Assembly (NCBI GenBank): GCA_003599235.1
Contig: QZJE01000007.1
Location: 16,585 to 80,584, forward strand
Length of the DNA stretch: 64,000 bases
Reading direction: 5' to 3'
DNA from: Actinomycetota bacterium
GTDB lineage: Bacteria; Actinomycetota; Aquicultoria; SURF-47
In this document: piece after piece, positions 48,388-57,241 of the stretch
How the letters are laid out: each line of letters begins with the position of its first letter
How positions within the stretch are numbered: the stretch's first letter is position 1
Translations under genes and position numbers: made by a program
Notes under the pieces: model-generated
Database searches by the model: none
Seen by the model: the letters and a program-made list of their open reading frames with translations, nothing else
What the model was told of the DNA's origin: nothing

Positions 48388-48854
48388 CTATTTTCTATGC
48401 TCCAATTAAAGCCGATTTCGTCATCATCCCATTCTATACGCTTTTCATCAGGATTTTTGGGATCGTATGATTCGGTGGTAAGGTAGGTAATAACTACCGG
48501 TTGACAGCCAAGTACTTGATAACCGTGGGCTACTCCAGCCGGTATCAGCACAGTCGAGGGATTATCCTCACCCATCAAAAAAGACTCGGTTACCCCTTTG
48601 GTCTTTGAATTAGAGCGGATATCATGTAAAACCACTCTAGCGTTGCCGCTTGGAAAAAACCATATATCATCTTGTTTTTCATGATAATGAAAAGCTTTTA
48701 TTACGCCGGGATTAGTTTTAGATGCCGATAACTGGCCGAATCTTTTAACAATATCTTCATCATCACGAACAATTTCTTCAAAAAACCCCCGCTCATCATG
48801 ATGCCTAGTCAGCTTTTTATATTTGACTCCTCGAATTTTTGTGTCTTTGAACAT
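48384..48854 (-). CDS. rmlC: dTDP-4-dehydrorhamnose 3,5-epimerase family
   Basis: DERGFF, AFHYH and GVAHGY. Located in the rml cluster. Confidence 0.88.
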   Translation of the reverse strand: MFKDTKIRGVKYKKLTRHHDERGFFEEIVRDDEDIVKRFGQLSASKTNPGVIKAFHYHEKQDDIWFFPSGNARVVLHDIRSNSKTKGVTESFLMGEDNPSTVLIPAGVAHGYQVLGCQPVVITYLTTESYDPKNPDEKRIEWDDDEIGFNWSIENR

Positions 48855-48864
48855 TTCTTCTCCT

Positions 48865-48892
48865 ACTTACCACTTACTACTTACGACTTACG
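48865..48892. repeat. Heptamer tandem array (rmlA-rmlC spacer)
   Basis: ACTTACC ACTTACT ACTTACG ACTTACG. 22/23 identical to part of the argJ-argB array. Confidence 0.8.
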
Positions 48893-48893
48893 C

Positions 48894-49955
48894 TTAAATT
48901 CCTACCTTACTATTGTCGCCTACCATCAACCGATAGGCTTTAGGTTTTTTGTTGCTTTTTACCACCTCAACGTTCTTGCCTATCAGGCTATCACTTAGTC
49001 GGTTGATAGATTTAACCGCACTGCCCTCAAGAACAATGCTATGCTCAATCTCGCTGTCGATTACCTGGCAATCATAATATATCGAGGTAAAGGGACCTAT
49101 GTATGAATGCTCTATTACCGTGTTTTTGCCGATAACCGCCGGGCCTCTGATAGTGCTATTAATTACCCTTGCTCCTTCATCTATAAAAACCTTGCCTACT
49201 ATCTTTGATTTATTATCCACTTGGCCCAAACAACCTTCTTTAAGGTCTTCTAGAATCATCCTGTTAGCCTCTAGCATATCTTCTAGCTTGCCGGTATCTT
49301 TCCACCATCCTTGGATAATATGAGGCTCAACCGTTAACCCTTTATCAATCATATACTGGATAGCATCAGTTATCTCTAACTCATCGCGCCAGGAAGGCTT
49401 AATAGCATTTACAGCCTCAAAAATATTCTTATCAAACATATAAACACCGACTAAGGCTAGGTTAGAAACAGGGGTTTTGGGCTTTTCGACAAGTTTTTTA
49501 ACAGTATTATCGCCGTTTAGCTCCGCCACGCCGAACCTTTTGGGGTCTTCTACTTCGGCTAATAAAATCTGAGCATTAGGTTTATTGCTTTTAAACTCAT
49601 CTACAAGGGTTTTAATACCATCCTTTATCAAATTATCGCCTAAAAACATAACAAACTCTTCGTTGCCTAACTCTTTTTGGGCAATTTTAACCGCATGAGC
49701 CAGCCCCAAAGGCCTTTCTTGATAAACATAAGAGACACTTACACCAAATTGTTCCCCGTTGCCGATAGCTTCTTTTATTTCATCTTGGGTATCGCCAACT
49801 ATTATGATAACTTCTTTTATTCCAGCCTCAGCGATAGAATGCAGGCAATAGTAAAGCACCGGCTTGTTGGCTACCGGAACTAACTGTTTTGCACTGGTGT
49901 GAGTTATCGGCCGCAAGCGAGTTCCTTCCCCGCCTGCTAAAATAAGGGCTTTCAT
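48894..49955 (-). CDS. rmlA: Glucose-1-phosphate thymidylyltransferase, long form
   Basis: LAGGEGTRLRP, KQLVPVANKP, EKP and ELEITD, with a hexapeptide-like tail. Confidence 0.93.
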   Translation of the reverse strand: MKALILAGGEGTRLRPITHTSAKQLVPVANKPVLYYCLHSIAEAGIKEVIIIVGDTQDEIKEAIGNGEQFGVSVSYVYQERPLGLAHAVKIAQKELGNEEFVMFLGDNLIKDGIKTLVDEFKSNKPNAQILLAEVEDPKRFGVAELNGDNTVKKLVEKPKTPVSNLALVGVYMFDKNIFEAVNAIKPSWRDELEITDAIQYMIDKGLTVEPHIIQGWWKDTGKLEDMLEANRMILEDLKEGCLGQVDNKSKIVGKVFIDEGARVINSTIRGPAVIGKNTVIEHSYIGPFTSIYYDCQVIDSEIEHSIVLEGSAVKSINRLSDSLIGKNVEVVKSNKKPKAYRLMVGDNSKVGI

Positions 49956-51151
49956 TTTCCGGTCACTACTATAACATCTGTATATTGGGAAGGAAAGATT
50001 GATTGGCTTTTTTTGATACGCTTTGTCCCTAACATTGCAGCTATTACTTTTGCTTTTTCTAATTTGGCATTAGTTTGATAATAAACAACCGTGCTGCCCT
50101 TATTGAGATTATCAGCATTTTCTACCCTAAGCACTTGAAAACCCATACCGGCTATTTTTGGTTTTAACTTAGTAGCTTGACCTGCAATACCGCTGCCATT
50201 TTGGATAATTACCGTTGTGTCCTCGTTATCAGTGCTAACAGGCAGTCCTTTCTCAATACATTCAAGCATATACTCAATTCTTTCTTCGTCGGGAAGAAGA
50301 TAATATCCCCGCCAAGACCAATCATCAGTTCCGGGCAGCGTAACCATTTGCACCTTGGCTTTATCCACTGCCTGCATCGCTCTGGCCAGCCCTAAGAGTT
50401 GCATTCCGGACAAATCAGTTTCTGAGTTCTCGGCAAAAATACTTACTAGGTAAGGAATCCTGGGGATGGTACTCCAGCTAGTCATTTTAGACATTAACGC
50501 TTTCATAAAATTGTGCTGTCGTTTTATTCTTCCGGGATCCCCGGTTAGTTTTTTATCCATTCTAAACCGAACATAATTTAGGGCAGTTACCCCGTCTAGC
50601 ACATGATAGCCAGCCGGAATATTCATACGATACGTTTTTGTATTGTTAACTAGCGGTTCGCCAATGTTGATAGGCAGCCCACCCATTGCATCAATTACCT
50701 TAATAAACCCCTGGAACCGGATAATAGCATAGTGGTGGATTTTCCAGCCTAGAAAATCGCTTACAGTCTTAATAGTAAGATCCGGGCCGCCATAGACCAT
50801 AGCTGCATTTATTTTGTCATGACCGTGTCCTTCAATCTCCACTTTCATATCCCTGGGGATAGATATCATTACCGCCTGATTTTTCTTAGGATTGAGGTGA
50901 ATTAATATCATGGTGTCGGTGCGAGTGTATTTTGGTTGGTCCTTGGTATCTTGGTTGATATCTTGGCCCATTAGCAGGATGTTTACGGGTTCATCACCAA
51001 TTGCTTCCTCTAATGAAACAATATTTTTCCCCCGTTGAAACTTTGATTCAATAAACTTAAGGTAAACATAGCCGCCAGTGGAAACCAAAATGGTTGCCAT
51101 CAGCATAAAAGAAAGTATTTTTTGTTTTAGAGATACTCTTGAAATATGCAT
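49952..51151 (-). CDS. LCP (LytR-CpsA-Psr) glycopolymer-peptidoglycan ligase with LytR_C domain
   Basis: N-terminal TM, RTDTM, SIPRD, KINAA, YVRFR, GRIKRQ and NGSGIAG. Apparently leaderless (TAAAGT-N7-ATG). Confidence 0.9.
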   Translation of the reverse strand: MHISRVSLKQKILSFMLMATILVSTGGYVYLKFIESKFQRGKNIVSLEEAIGDEPVNILLMGQDINQDTKDQPKYTRTDTMILIHLNPKKNQAVMISIPRDMKVEIEGHGHDKINAAMVYGGPDLTIKTVSDFLGWKIHHYAIIRFQGFIKVIDAMGGLPINIGEPLVNNTKTYRMNIPAGYHVLDGVTALNYVRFRMDKKLTGDPGRIKRQHNFMKALMSKMTSWSTIPRIPYLVSIFAENSETDLSGMQLLGLARAMQAVDKAKVQMVTLPGTDDWSWRGYYLLPDEERIEYMLECIEKGLPVSTDNEDTTVIIQNGSGIAGQATKLKPKIAGMGFQVLRVENADNLNKGSTVVYYQTNAKLEKAKVIAAMLGTKRIKKSQSIFPSQYTDVIVVTGK

Positions 51152-51245
51152 AGCTACAACTTTACTATTAAACGGTTTTTAACCCAAAAAATCAATTATA
51201 CTCCTATAAAACAAGACAATTAATTTAATTTTTGGTAAAGTTTTT

Positions 51246-51815
51246 ATGGTTATGCAAAAAGCAATCATTAAAAGTCTAGAAGAAAGCGCTAACACAAAAA
51301 ACGCTTTAACAGAGTTTAGCGATGTAATTGAGTTAGCCGCTAAACTTGTTATCAAAACTTATCATAACAAAGGCAAGGTGCTGCTTCTGGGAAACGGTGG
51401 AAGTGCTGCCGATGCCCAGCATATTGCAGCAGAGTTCGTGGTCCGTTTTGCTAAAAGCCGTTTATCTTTACCGGCCATCGCTCTGTCATGTAACTCTTCA
51501 ATAATCACCGCCTGCAGCAATGATACTGAATTTAACGAAGTTTTCAGAAAACAGATAGAATCATTAGCCCAACACGGAGATTGCATAATCGCTATTACAA
51601 CTAGCGGGACTTCTCTAAACATAATAAACGCTGTTAAGGAAGCCAAGAAGAAGAGATGTTCGGTTATTAGCTTAATTGGTAAAAAACACTCACCTCTTTG
51701 CAGCCTTTCGGATGTTTGTATTGCTGTCCCATCTAGCAGTACGCCCCGCATCCAAGAAGCCCACATCACCATCGGCCACATCATTTGTCAACTGGTCGAA
51801 GAAACCTTGTTTTAG
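51246..51815 (+). CDS. gmhA: Sedoheptulose-7-phosphate isomerase
   Basis: GNGGSAADAQHIAAE, ND, TSGTS and RIQEAH. Confidence 0.95.
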   Translation: MVMQKAIIKSLEESANTKNALTEFSDVIELAAKLVIKTYHNKGKVLLLGNGGSAADAQHIAAEFVVRFAKSRLSLPAIALSCNSSIITACSNDTEFNEVFRKQIESLAQHGDCIIAITTSGTSLNIINAVKEAKKKRCSVISLIGKKHSPLCSLSDVCIAVPSSSTPRIQEAHITIGHIICQLVEETLF

Positions 51816-51841
51816 ACATCAGATGTCAGACTTCAGTCGTC
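51814..51841. repeat. Heptamer array carrying the gmhA stop and gmhB start
   Basis: AGACATC AGATGTC AGACTTC AGTCGTC. Confidence 0.75.
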
Positions 51842-52422
51842 AGGAAACATCAAACAAACGTCATTGCGAGGAGGCCAATAGCCGACGTGGCAATCTCAGA
51901 CATAAGGCAGTCTTCCTAGACCGCGATAATACCATTATCGAAGACGAAGAAGGATATCTCTCTAATCCTAACAAAGTAAAACTGCTTCCAGGAGCAGCAG
52001 GCGCCATTAAGAAACTAAATGGAGCTGGGTTTAAGGTGATAATCGTAAGCAATCAGTCTGGTATTGGACGCGGATTAATTACAGAGGAACAACTTGGTCA
52101 AGTTAATCAAAAGATGCTCGAACTTTTAGCTGAAGAAGGTGCTAAGATAGATGCTATATACTATTGCCCTCACCATCCCGAAGCCGATATAGAGAAATAC
52201 CGAATGATATGTCCAGACAGAAAGCCAGCTCCCGGAATGCTCATTAAAGCCGCCGTAGAACATAATATCGACCTCAGTAAGAGCTATTGTGTTGGTGATA
52301 GTGAACGAGACATCCAAGCAGGCAAAAACGCCGGTTGCTCTACCTTAATGATTAGCGAGGAATTAGATCTAAAAAAAGCAGTAGAAATTATTTTGAATAA
52401 CTCTTTAGAATCTTATCGATAA
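51823..52422 (+). CDS. gmhB: Heptose-1,7-bisphosphate phosphatase with repeat-derived N-terminal extension
   Basis: AVFLDRD, SNQSGIGRG, CPHHP, RKP and GD...D. ATG 51823 is the only in-frame start after the gmhA stop. Confidence 0.88.
   Translation: MSDFSRQETSNKRHCEEANSRRGNLRHKAVFLDRDNTIIEDEEGYLSNPNKVKLLPGAAGAIKKLNGAGFKVIIVSNQSGIGRGLITEEQLGQVNQKMLELLAEEGAKIDAIYYCPHHPEADIEKYRMICPDRKPAPGMLIKAAVEHNIDLSKSYCVGDSERDIQAGKNAGCSTLMISEELDLKKAVEIILNNSLESYR
51859..51897 (+). repeat. RPE-like palindromic repeat (GTCATTGCGAG...GGCAATCTC) within gmhB
   Basis: CGTCATTGCGAGGAGGCCAATAGCCGACGTGGCAATCTC with ATTGC/GCAAT and GGC/GCC stems. Translates as RHCEEANSRRGNL. Confidence 0.65.
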
Positions 52423-53836
52423 TCTTCGAGCTTGAGTAGCCTTCGATAAAGGGCACTAAAGAGATCTCTCCGCCATAGGACTTAACTACTGAGGCTTCCG
52501 GTAAATCTTCCTCGTTATAATCGCCGCCTTTAACAAAGACATCGGGCTTAAGCAACTCAAGGATTGCTTCAGGCGTATCTTCGTCGAAGAAGGTAACGTA
52601 ATCTACAAAGTCCAATAAGGAAATTATCTCTGCTCTTTGCTCTTCGCTTATTATCGGCCGGCTATCCCCTTTTATTCTCTTGATAGAATCATCGGTATTT
52701 AGCCCCACTACAAAAACATTGCCTAGTTTAGCGGCGCTTTTTAGATAGGAGATGTGGCCTAAGTGAAGTATATCAAAGCAACCGCTGGTAAAAACAACTT
52801 TTTCGCCTTGAGCTTTTTGAGATTCCAGGATACTTATTAAATCATTAGCATCTTTTATCTTAGCATGTTCATGCTCGAACCTTCTTACGAGCTCTTTCTG
52901 GCTTACCGTAGCCGTGCCTAGCTTAGATACCTCAATAGCAGCCGCTTGGTTAGCAATAATGGAGGCCTCTTCATAACTTGCACCGGAGGCAACCGATAAG
53001 GCAATGGCCGCTACTACCGTGTCTCCGGCCCCGCTTACATCAAAAACTTCCTTAGCTTCCGTGGGATAATGCATCACTTTGCCAGTAGTATCAAACAAGG
53101 ACATTCCTTCATTTGCCCTGGTAATCAAAACACTGCACTGCATTTCTGAACACAGTTTCTGGCCCATGCCGATAATATCCTGGTCGGTGCTGCCGGCAAT
53201 ATTGGTCATTTTAGAAGCTTCCCTGTGATTGGGAGTAATCAAATCAATTCCCTTATAAAGTTCATGGTGCCTGCATTTGGTATCAGCAATTATTGTTTTA
53301 TTGATATCCTTAGCTATACTAATTAAGTTCTTTATTAGGCTAGAGGTAAGAGTGCCCTTATCATAATCAGAGAAAACCACTATATCTACATCAGTTGCCA
53401 GCATCTCAAAGCTTTTAACGATGGCTTTTTCCCGTTCTTCTTCTAATTCTTGGGTATTTTCGTAGTCAAGCCTGATAAGCTGCTGGTTATGGCTTAAAAC
53501 CCTGGTTTTGGTGATAGTAGGTTTGTGATGGTCAAAAACAATGCCAGAAAAACCGATTTTATTTTTCTCTAGAATAGATATCAGCTGCTTACCTGGCTCA
53601 TCCTGGCCTAGAGTGCCTACTAGCTCTGCTTGGCCTCCCATAGCTACTACATTGTTAGCCAGATTGGCTGCTCCGCCCGGTAGCATAGTTTCCTTATTTA
53701 CCTTAACTACCTGCACCGGAGCCTCAGGTGATATACGATCAACTTCTCCAAAGAGATACTTGTCGACCATTACATCGCCGACTATTAGTATCTTTTTCTT
53801 ATTGAAGTTCTTAATAATCCTTGTTAAAGCTTCCAT
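52388..53836 (-). CDS. hldE: Bifunctional heptose-7-phosphate kinase / heptose-1-phosphate adenylyltransferase
   Basis: RISPEAPV, SDYDKG, DVSGAGDT, GCFDILHLGH and KGGDY. Start 53836 follows TAAAAT-N7 (alternative start 53845). Confidence 0.93.
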   Translation of the reverse strand: MEALTRIIKNFNKKKILIVGDVMVDKYLFGEVDRISPEAPVQVVKVNKETMLPGGAANLANNVVAMGGQAELVGTLGQDEPGKQLISILEKNKIGFSGIVFDHHKPTITKTRVLSHNQQLIRLDYENTQELEEEREKAIVKSFEMLATDVDIVVFSDYDKGTLTSSLIKNLISIAKDINKTIIADTKCRHHELYKGIDLITPNHREASKMTNIAGSTDQDIIGMGQKLCSEMQCSVLITRANEGMSLFDTTGKVMHYPTEAKEVFDVSGAGDTVVAAIALSVASGASYEEASIIANQAAAIEVSKLGTATVSQKELVRRFEHEHAKIKDANDLISILESQKAQGEKVVFTSGCFDILHLGHISYLKSAAKLGNVFVVGLNTDDSIKRIKGDSRPIISEEQRAEIISLLDFVDYVTFFDEDTPEAILELLKPDVFVKGGDYNEEDLPEASVVKSYGGEISLVPFIEGYSSSKIIDKILKSYSK

Positions 53837-53902
53837 TAGTAGCATTTTAACTTATTTTACTATTACCAGCTAGTCAGCTATAATCTATTGCTTGGAGAAG
53901 TT

Positions 53903-54697
53903 ATGATTGCAAAATTAATTGAAATATATAAACACCGGGAATTACTCGTAGTTTTTACAAAAAAAGAGCTAAAAGTTAAGTACAAAAACTCCGCTATGGG
54001 CGTGCTATGGTCTTTTATTAATCCCTTGATTATGGCAGTTGTCTATACACTGGTCTTTAGTAAGCTGTTTGGAGCAAGTAAAGAAATAAAAGACTACCCC
54101 ATATTTCTTTTATCGGCCTTATTGGCATGGAATTTCTTTACTGTATGTATAGCAACCTCCTCTAGCGCCATCATCGCAAACGCCAATCTTATCAAAAAAG
54201 TTCGATTCCCTAGAGAAATTATCCCTTTGTCAATTATACTAGCAGCTCTGGCAAACTATTTAATGGAAGTTGCTGTACTAATGGTTATCTTGTTAATAAT
54301 GGGTTACAATTTTATTCCATATCTTCCAATTTTTTTGTTAGTGCTCATACTGCAACTGATTGCCACTGCGGGTTTTGGTTTTATATTTTCAGCTTTAACT
54401 GTTTACTTTCGTGATATTGAGCAGTTAATTAATATTATTCTGCTCATCTGGTTTTTTGCTACTCCTATCGTATATGATATTAGCAAGGTAAATAAATTAT
54501 CGCCGATTTTTGCAACTGCTCTTAAAATTCTTAATCCTCTAGTATCTATAATGTTACTTTACAGGAGTTCGCTATATTACCTTTCATGGCCCTCATTGCA
54601 GCTAATCATTTATGGCCTTCTCGGATCTACTAGCATTTTTATTGCTGGCTATATTCTGTTTCAAAAACTTTCACCAAATTTTGCTAAAGAGGTTTAA
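53903..54697 (+). CDS. wzm: Second glycan ABC exporter permease
   Basis: ELKVKYKNS.MG.LWS.INP, KVRFPRE and TPIVY. Start moved to the ATG downstream of GGAG. Confidence 0.92.
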   Translation: MIAKLIEIYKHRELLVVFTKKELKVKYKNSAMGVLWSFINPLIMAVVYTLVFSKLFGASKEIKDYPIFLLSALLAWNFFTVCIATSSSAIIANANLIKKVRFPREIIPLSIILAALANYLMEVAVLMVILLIMGYNFIPYLPIFLLVLILQLIATAGFGFIFSALTVYFRDIEQLINIILLIWFFATPIVYDISKVNKLSPIFATALKILNPLVSIMLLYRSSLYYLSWPSLQLIIYGLLGSTSIFIAGYILFQKLSPNFAKEV

Positions 54698-55923
54698 TGA
54701 AAAAAAACCAATCATCAAAAATCGTCATTGAAATAAAAGACTTATGGGAAAGTTTCCGCATTTATCATCACAAAAGCATGACCTTAAAAGATACCTTCGT
54801 GCGCTTAAAAAAATCTGCATATGAGGAGTTTTGGGCCTTAAAGGGAGTGTCTTTCAAAGTATTTAAGGGTGAGACATTGGGCATCATCGGTGAGAATGGC
54901 TCTGGAAAAAGTACCCTTTTAAAGTGCATCTCAGGAATACTAGAGCCAAGCAAAGGCTGTATTAAGGTCAAGGGAAAGATTTCACCATTACTTGAACTAG
55001 GGGCCGGTTTTCATCCTGAACTTAGCGGGCGGGAAAATATCTTTATTAACGGGGCAATCCTGGGATTAACAAAAAAACAAATCCAAGAACGATATGACAA
55101 AATAGTTGCTTTTGCTGAGCTAGAAGACTTTATAGATACCCAAGTTAAGTTCTATTCATCCGGTATGTATATTAGGCTTGGTTTTGCAGTAGCAATTTTT
55201 GCTGACCCTGATATTTTAATGGTAGATGAAGTATTAGCTGTAGGTGATGAGAGTTTCAGAAAAAAATGTTTTGATAAGATTAAAGAGTTTCAAAAAATGA
55301 ATAAAACAATAATTATAGTGACTCATGATATGGGATCCGCTTATAGATTTTGTGACAGATTGGTGCTTCTTAGCAAAGGAAAGATAAATAAAGAAGGCAA
55401 ACCAAAAGAAATTGTAAGGAATTATGTAAATAGCGTTATTGAAGACGAAAAATTTAGCGAAAAGGGCTCCAAAGATATAGTGCTTACAAAGGTAGAATTA
55501 TTTGATGAAAATGAGACAAAACAAACCAACTTTTCTCCGGGTGACAACCTAGTTATTTCGATTACTTATAATGCAAAAACTGCAATCAAAAACCCAATTT
55601 TTGGTTTCGCTATATTCGACCAGCAAGGAAACCATTGTTTTGGAACCCACACTAAGTACAAGGGCCTTAATATCCCAGAAGTTAACGGTGTGGGCCTCAT
55701 ACGCTTTAAACTCGATTCATTGCCAATGTTAAACGGTAAATTTTACTTAACTGTAGCAGCTATCAACGAATCAAATGATATATATCATGAGTTAAAAAAT
55801 TGCCTATCTTTTGAAGTAACAAGCTCCAATGATGATGAGGGAACCTTATATATTCCTGTGGAGTGTGAAATTCAGTCACTTTCGAATAAATCGAATACCA
55901 AACAAGAAGTTGGAAAAAACTAA
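54697..55923 (+). CDS. wzt: Second glycan ABC exporter ATPase with C-terminal carbohydrate-binding domain
   Basis: GENGSGKST, YSSGM, DEVLAVGD, and a Wzt_C-like tail. Confidence 0.92.
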   Translation: MKKNQSSKIVIEIKDLWESFRIYHHKSMTLKDTFVRLKKSAYEEFWALKGVSFKVFKGETLGIIGENGSGKSTLLKCISGILEPSKGCIKVKGKISPLLELGAGFHPELSGRENIFINGAILGLTKKQIQERYDKIVAFAELEDFIDTQVKFYSSGMYIRLGFAVAIFADPDILMVDEVLAVGDESFRKKCFDKIKEFQKMNKTIIIVTHDMGSAYRFCDRLVLLSKGKINKEGKPKEIVRNYVNSVIEDEKFSEKGSKDIVLTKVELFDENETKQTNFSPGDNLVISITYNAKTAIKNPIFGFAIFDQQGNHCFGTHTKYKGLNIPEVNGVGLIRFKLDSLPMLNGKFYLTVAAINESNDIYHELKNCLSFEVTSSNDDEGTLYIPVECEIQSLSNKSNTKQEVGKN

Positions 55924-57230
55924 TGAAAATTGTCTTTATTAATCCTTATATTTCAAACGATAAATCCTATCCTGATTATCCCCCTATAGGGATTCTATCA
56001 ATGTCTAGCTTGTTAAAAGAAGCTGGCTATAGCGTTTTCTTTTTAGATGCCCAATTCGAACAACTTAGTGTTGATCAGATTAGCGCTAAGATCAAAAAAA
56101 TAGTACCAGACCTAATCGGAATAACTATAAATGTTGTTCAAGCAAAATCAGCTCTAGTCTATATAAACGAATTAAAAAAAATCTTTCCCAGTATCCCGCT
56201 AGTTATAGGTGGTCCTTTTGTAACAGGTTTCGGTAAAGAAACATTTGATCATATAAAAGAAGCCGATTTTGCAGTTCAAGGCGAAGGTGAAGAAGCTATC
56301 GTTAACCTAGTAAACCATCTCGATGGAAGGTTCGCGTTGGAAGATATTGATAATCTGATATACAAAAATAATGGCCAAATAATTACTAATCCCTTAAAGC
56401 GAATCTTTGATATTAATGCCCTGCCTTTGCCTGATTATGATTTGATCAAAGACCATATAAATCTATATACCCCTCCTCATCCTTCAATTGCCCAACCATC
56501 TATGCATATAATGTGCTCAAGAGGTTGCCCGTTTAAATGCCAATTCTGCTCCTCTCCTACCATATGGGGCAGAAAAGTAATATATAGAAACGTAGAATCA
56601 GTAATAGAAGAAGTTGATTTATTAATTAGCAAATTCGGCGTCAAAGAGATATTTTTTCAAGACGACACCCTAAATGCCCGTAAAAAGTGGTTTTTTGAGC
56701 TTTGCCATCAGCTTATTGAAACCAAGCTAAATGAGAAAGCTTATTTTAAATGTCCTTTTAGAGTTAATAAAAAAATCTTAAGCAGAGAACTTTTACAAAT
56801 AGCAAAAAAAGCGAACTTTTGGATGATTTTTTATGGAGTCGAGAATGGCAACCAGGCAATGCTTCAAAGTATGAACAAAGGAATAAAGATCAGAGATATT
56901 AAACGTGCTTTTGATTTAAGTAAGCAAGTCGGCATTAAAACTTTCGCTTCTTTTATGGTGGGCAACATAGGAGAAACAGAAGAAACATATAGAGATTCTA
57001 TCAATTTAATGAAAGAAATTAAATCTGATTATGGAGGTTTCGCTTTCGCAATTCCTTTTCCGGGTAGCGAATTATATAATGTTGCATTATCAAAGCGTCA
57101 TATAGAGATCAATGATTTTGTCTCTGAATTTACAACTGATAGATGCATAGTTCGAACTGATAAGCTAGATAGTAAAAGAATCCAAGAGTTAACAATGCAA
57201 GCAAACCAGTTAATGGTAGATAAAAATTAA
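55923..57230 (+). CDS. Cobalamin-binding radical SAM protein (class B methylase-like)
   Basis: N-terminal PPIGI..GGP..GEGE B12-binding region, SRGCPFKCQFC (CxxxCxxC), FQDD and GVE. Confidence 0.88.
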   Translation: MKIVFINPYISNDKSYPDYPPIGILSMSSLLKEAGYSVFFLDAQFEQLSVDQISAKIKKIVPDLIGITINVVQAKSALVYINELKKIFPSIPLVIGGPFVTGFGKETFDHIKEADFAVQGEGEEAIVNLVNHLDGRFALEDIDNLIYKNNGQIITNPLKRIFDINALPLPDYDLIKDHINLYTPPHPSIAQPSMHIMCSRGCPFKCQFCSSPTIWGRKVIYRNVESVIEEVDLLISKFGVKEIFFQDDTLNARKKWFFELCHQLIETKLNEKAYFKCPFRVNKKILSRELLQIAKKANFWMIFYGVENGNQAMLQSMNKGIKIRDIKRAFDLSKQVGIKTFASFMVGNIGETEETYRDSINLMKEIKSDYGGFAFAIPFPGSELYNVALSKRHIEINDFVSEFTTDRCIVRTDKLDSKRIQELTMQANQLMVDKN

Positions 57231-57241
57231 ATCACTTAAAA

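Noticed and set aside
51676..51822. Long 248-aa version of gmhB, or a gmhA-gmhB frameshift fusion
   Set aside because: It overlaps gmhA by 140 bp in another frame. gmhA is complete with its own stop and I see no slippery site.
52388..52422. Tail-to-tail overlaps (gmhB/hldE, icd/Moco gene, GT/methyltransferase) as antisense regulation
   Set aside because: Overlaps of 11-35 bp are common in compact genomes and nothing else supports a regulatory role.
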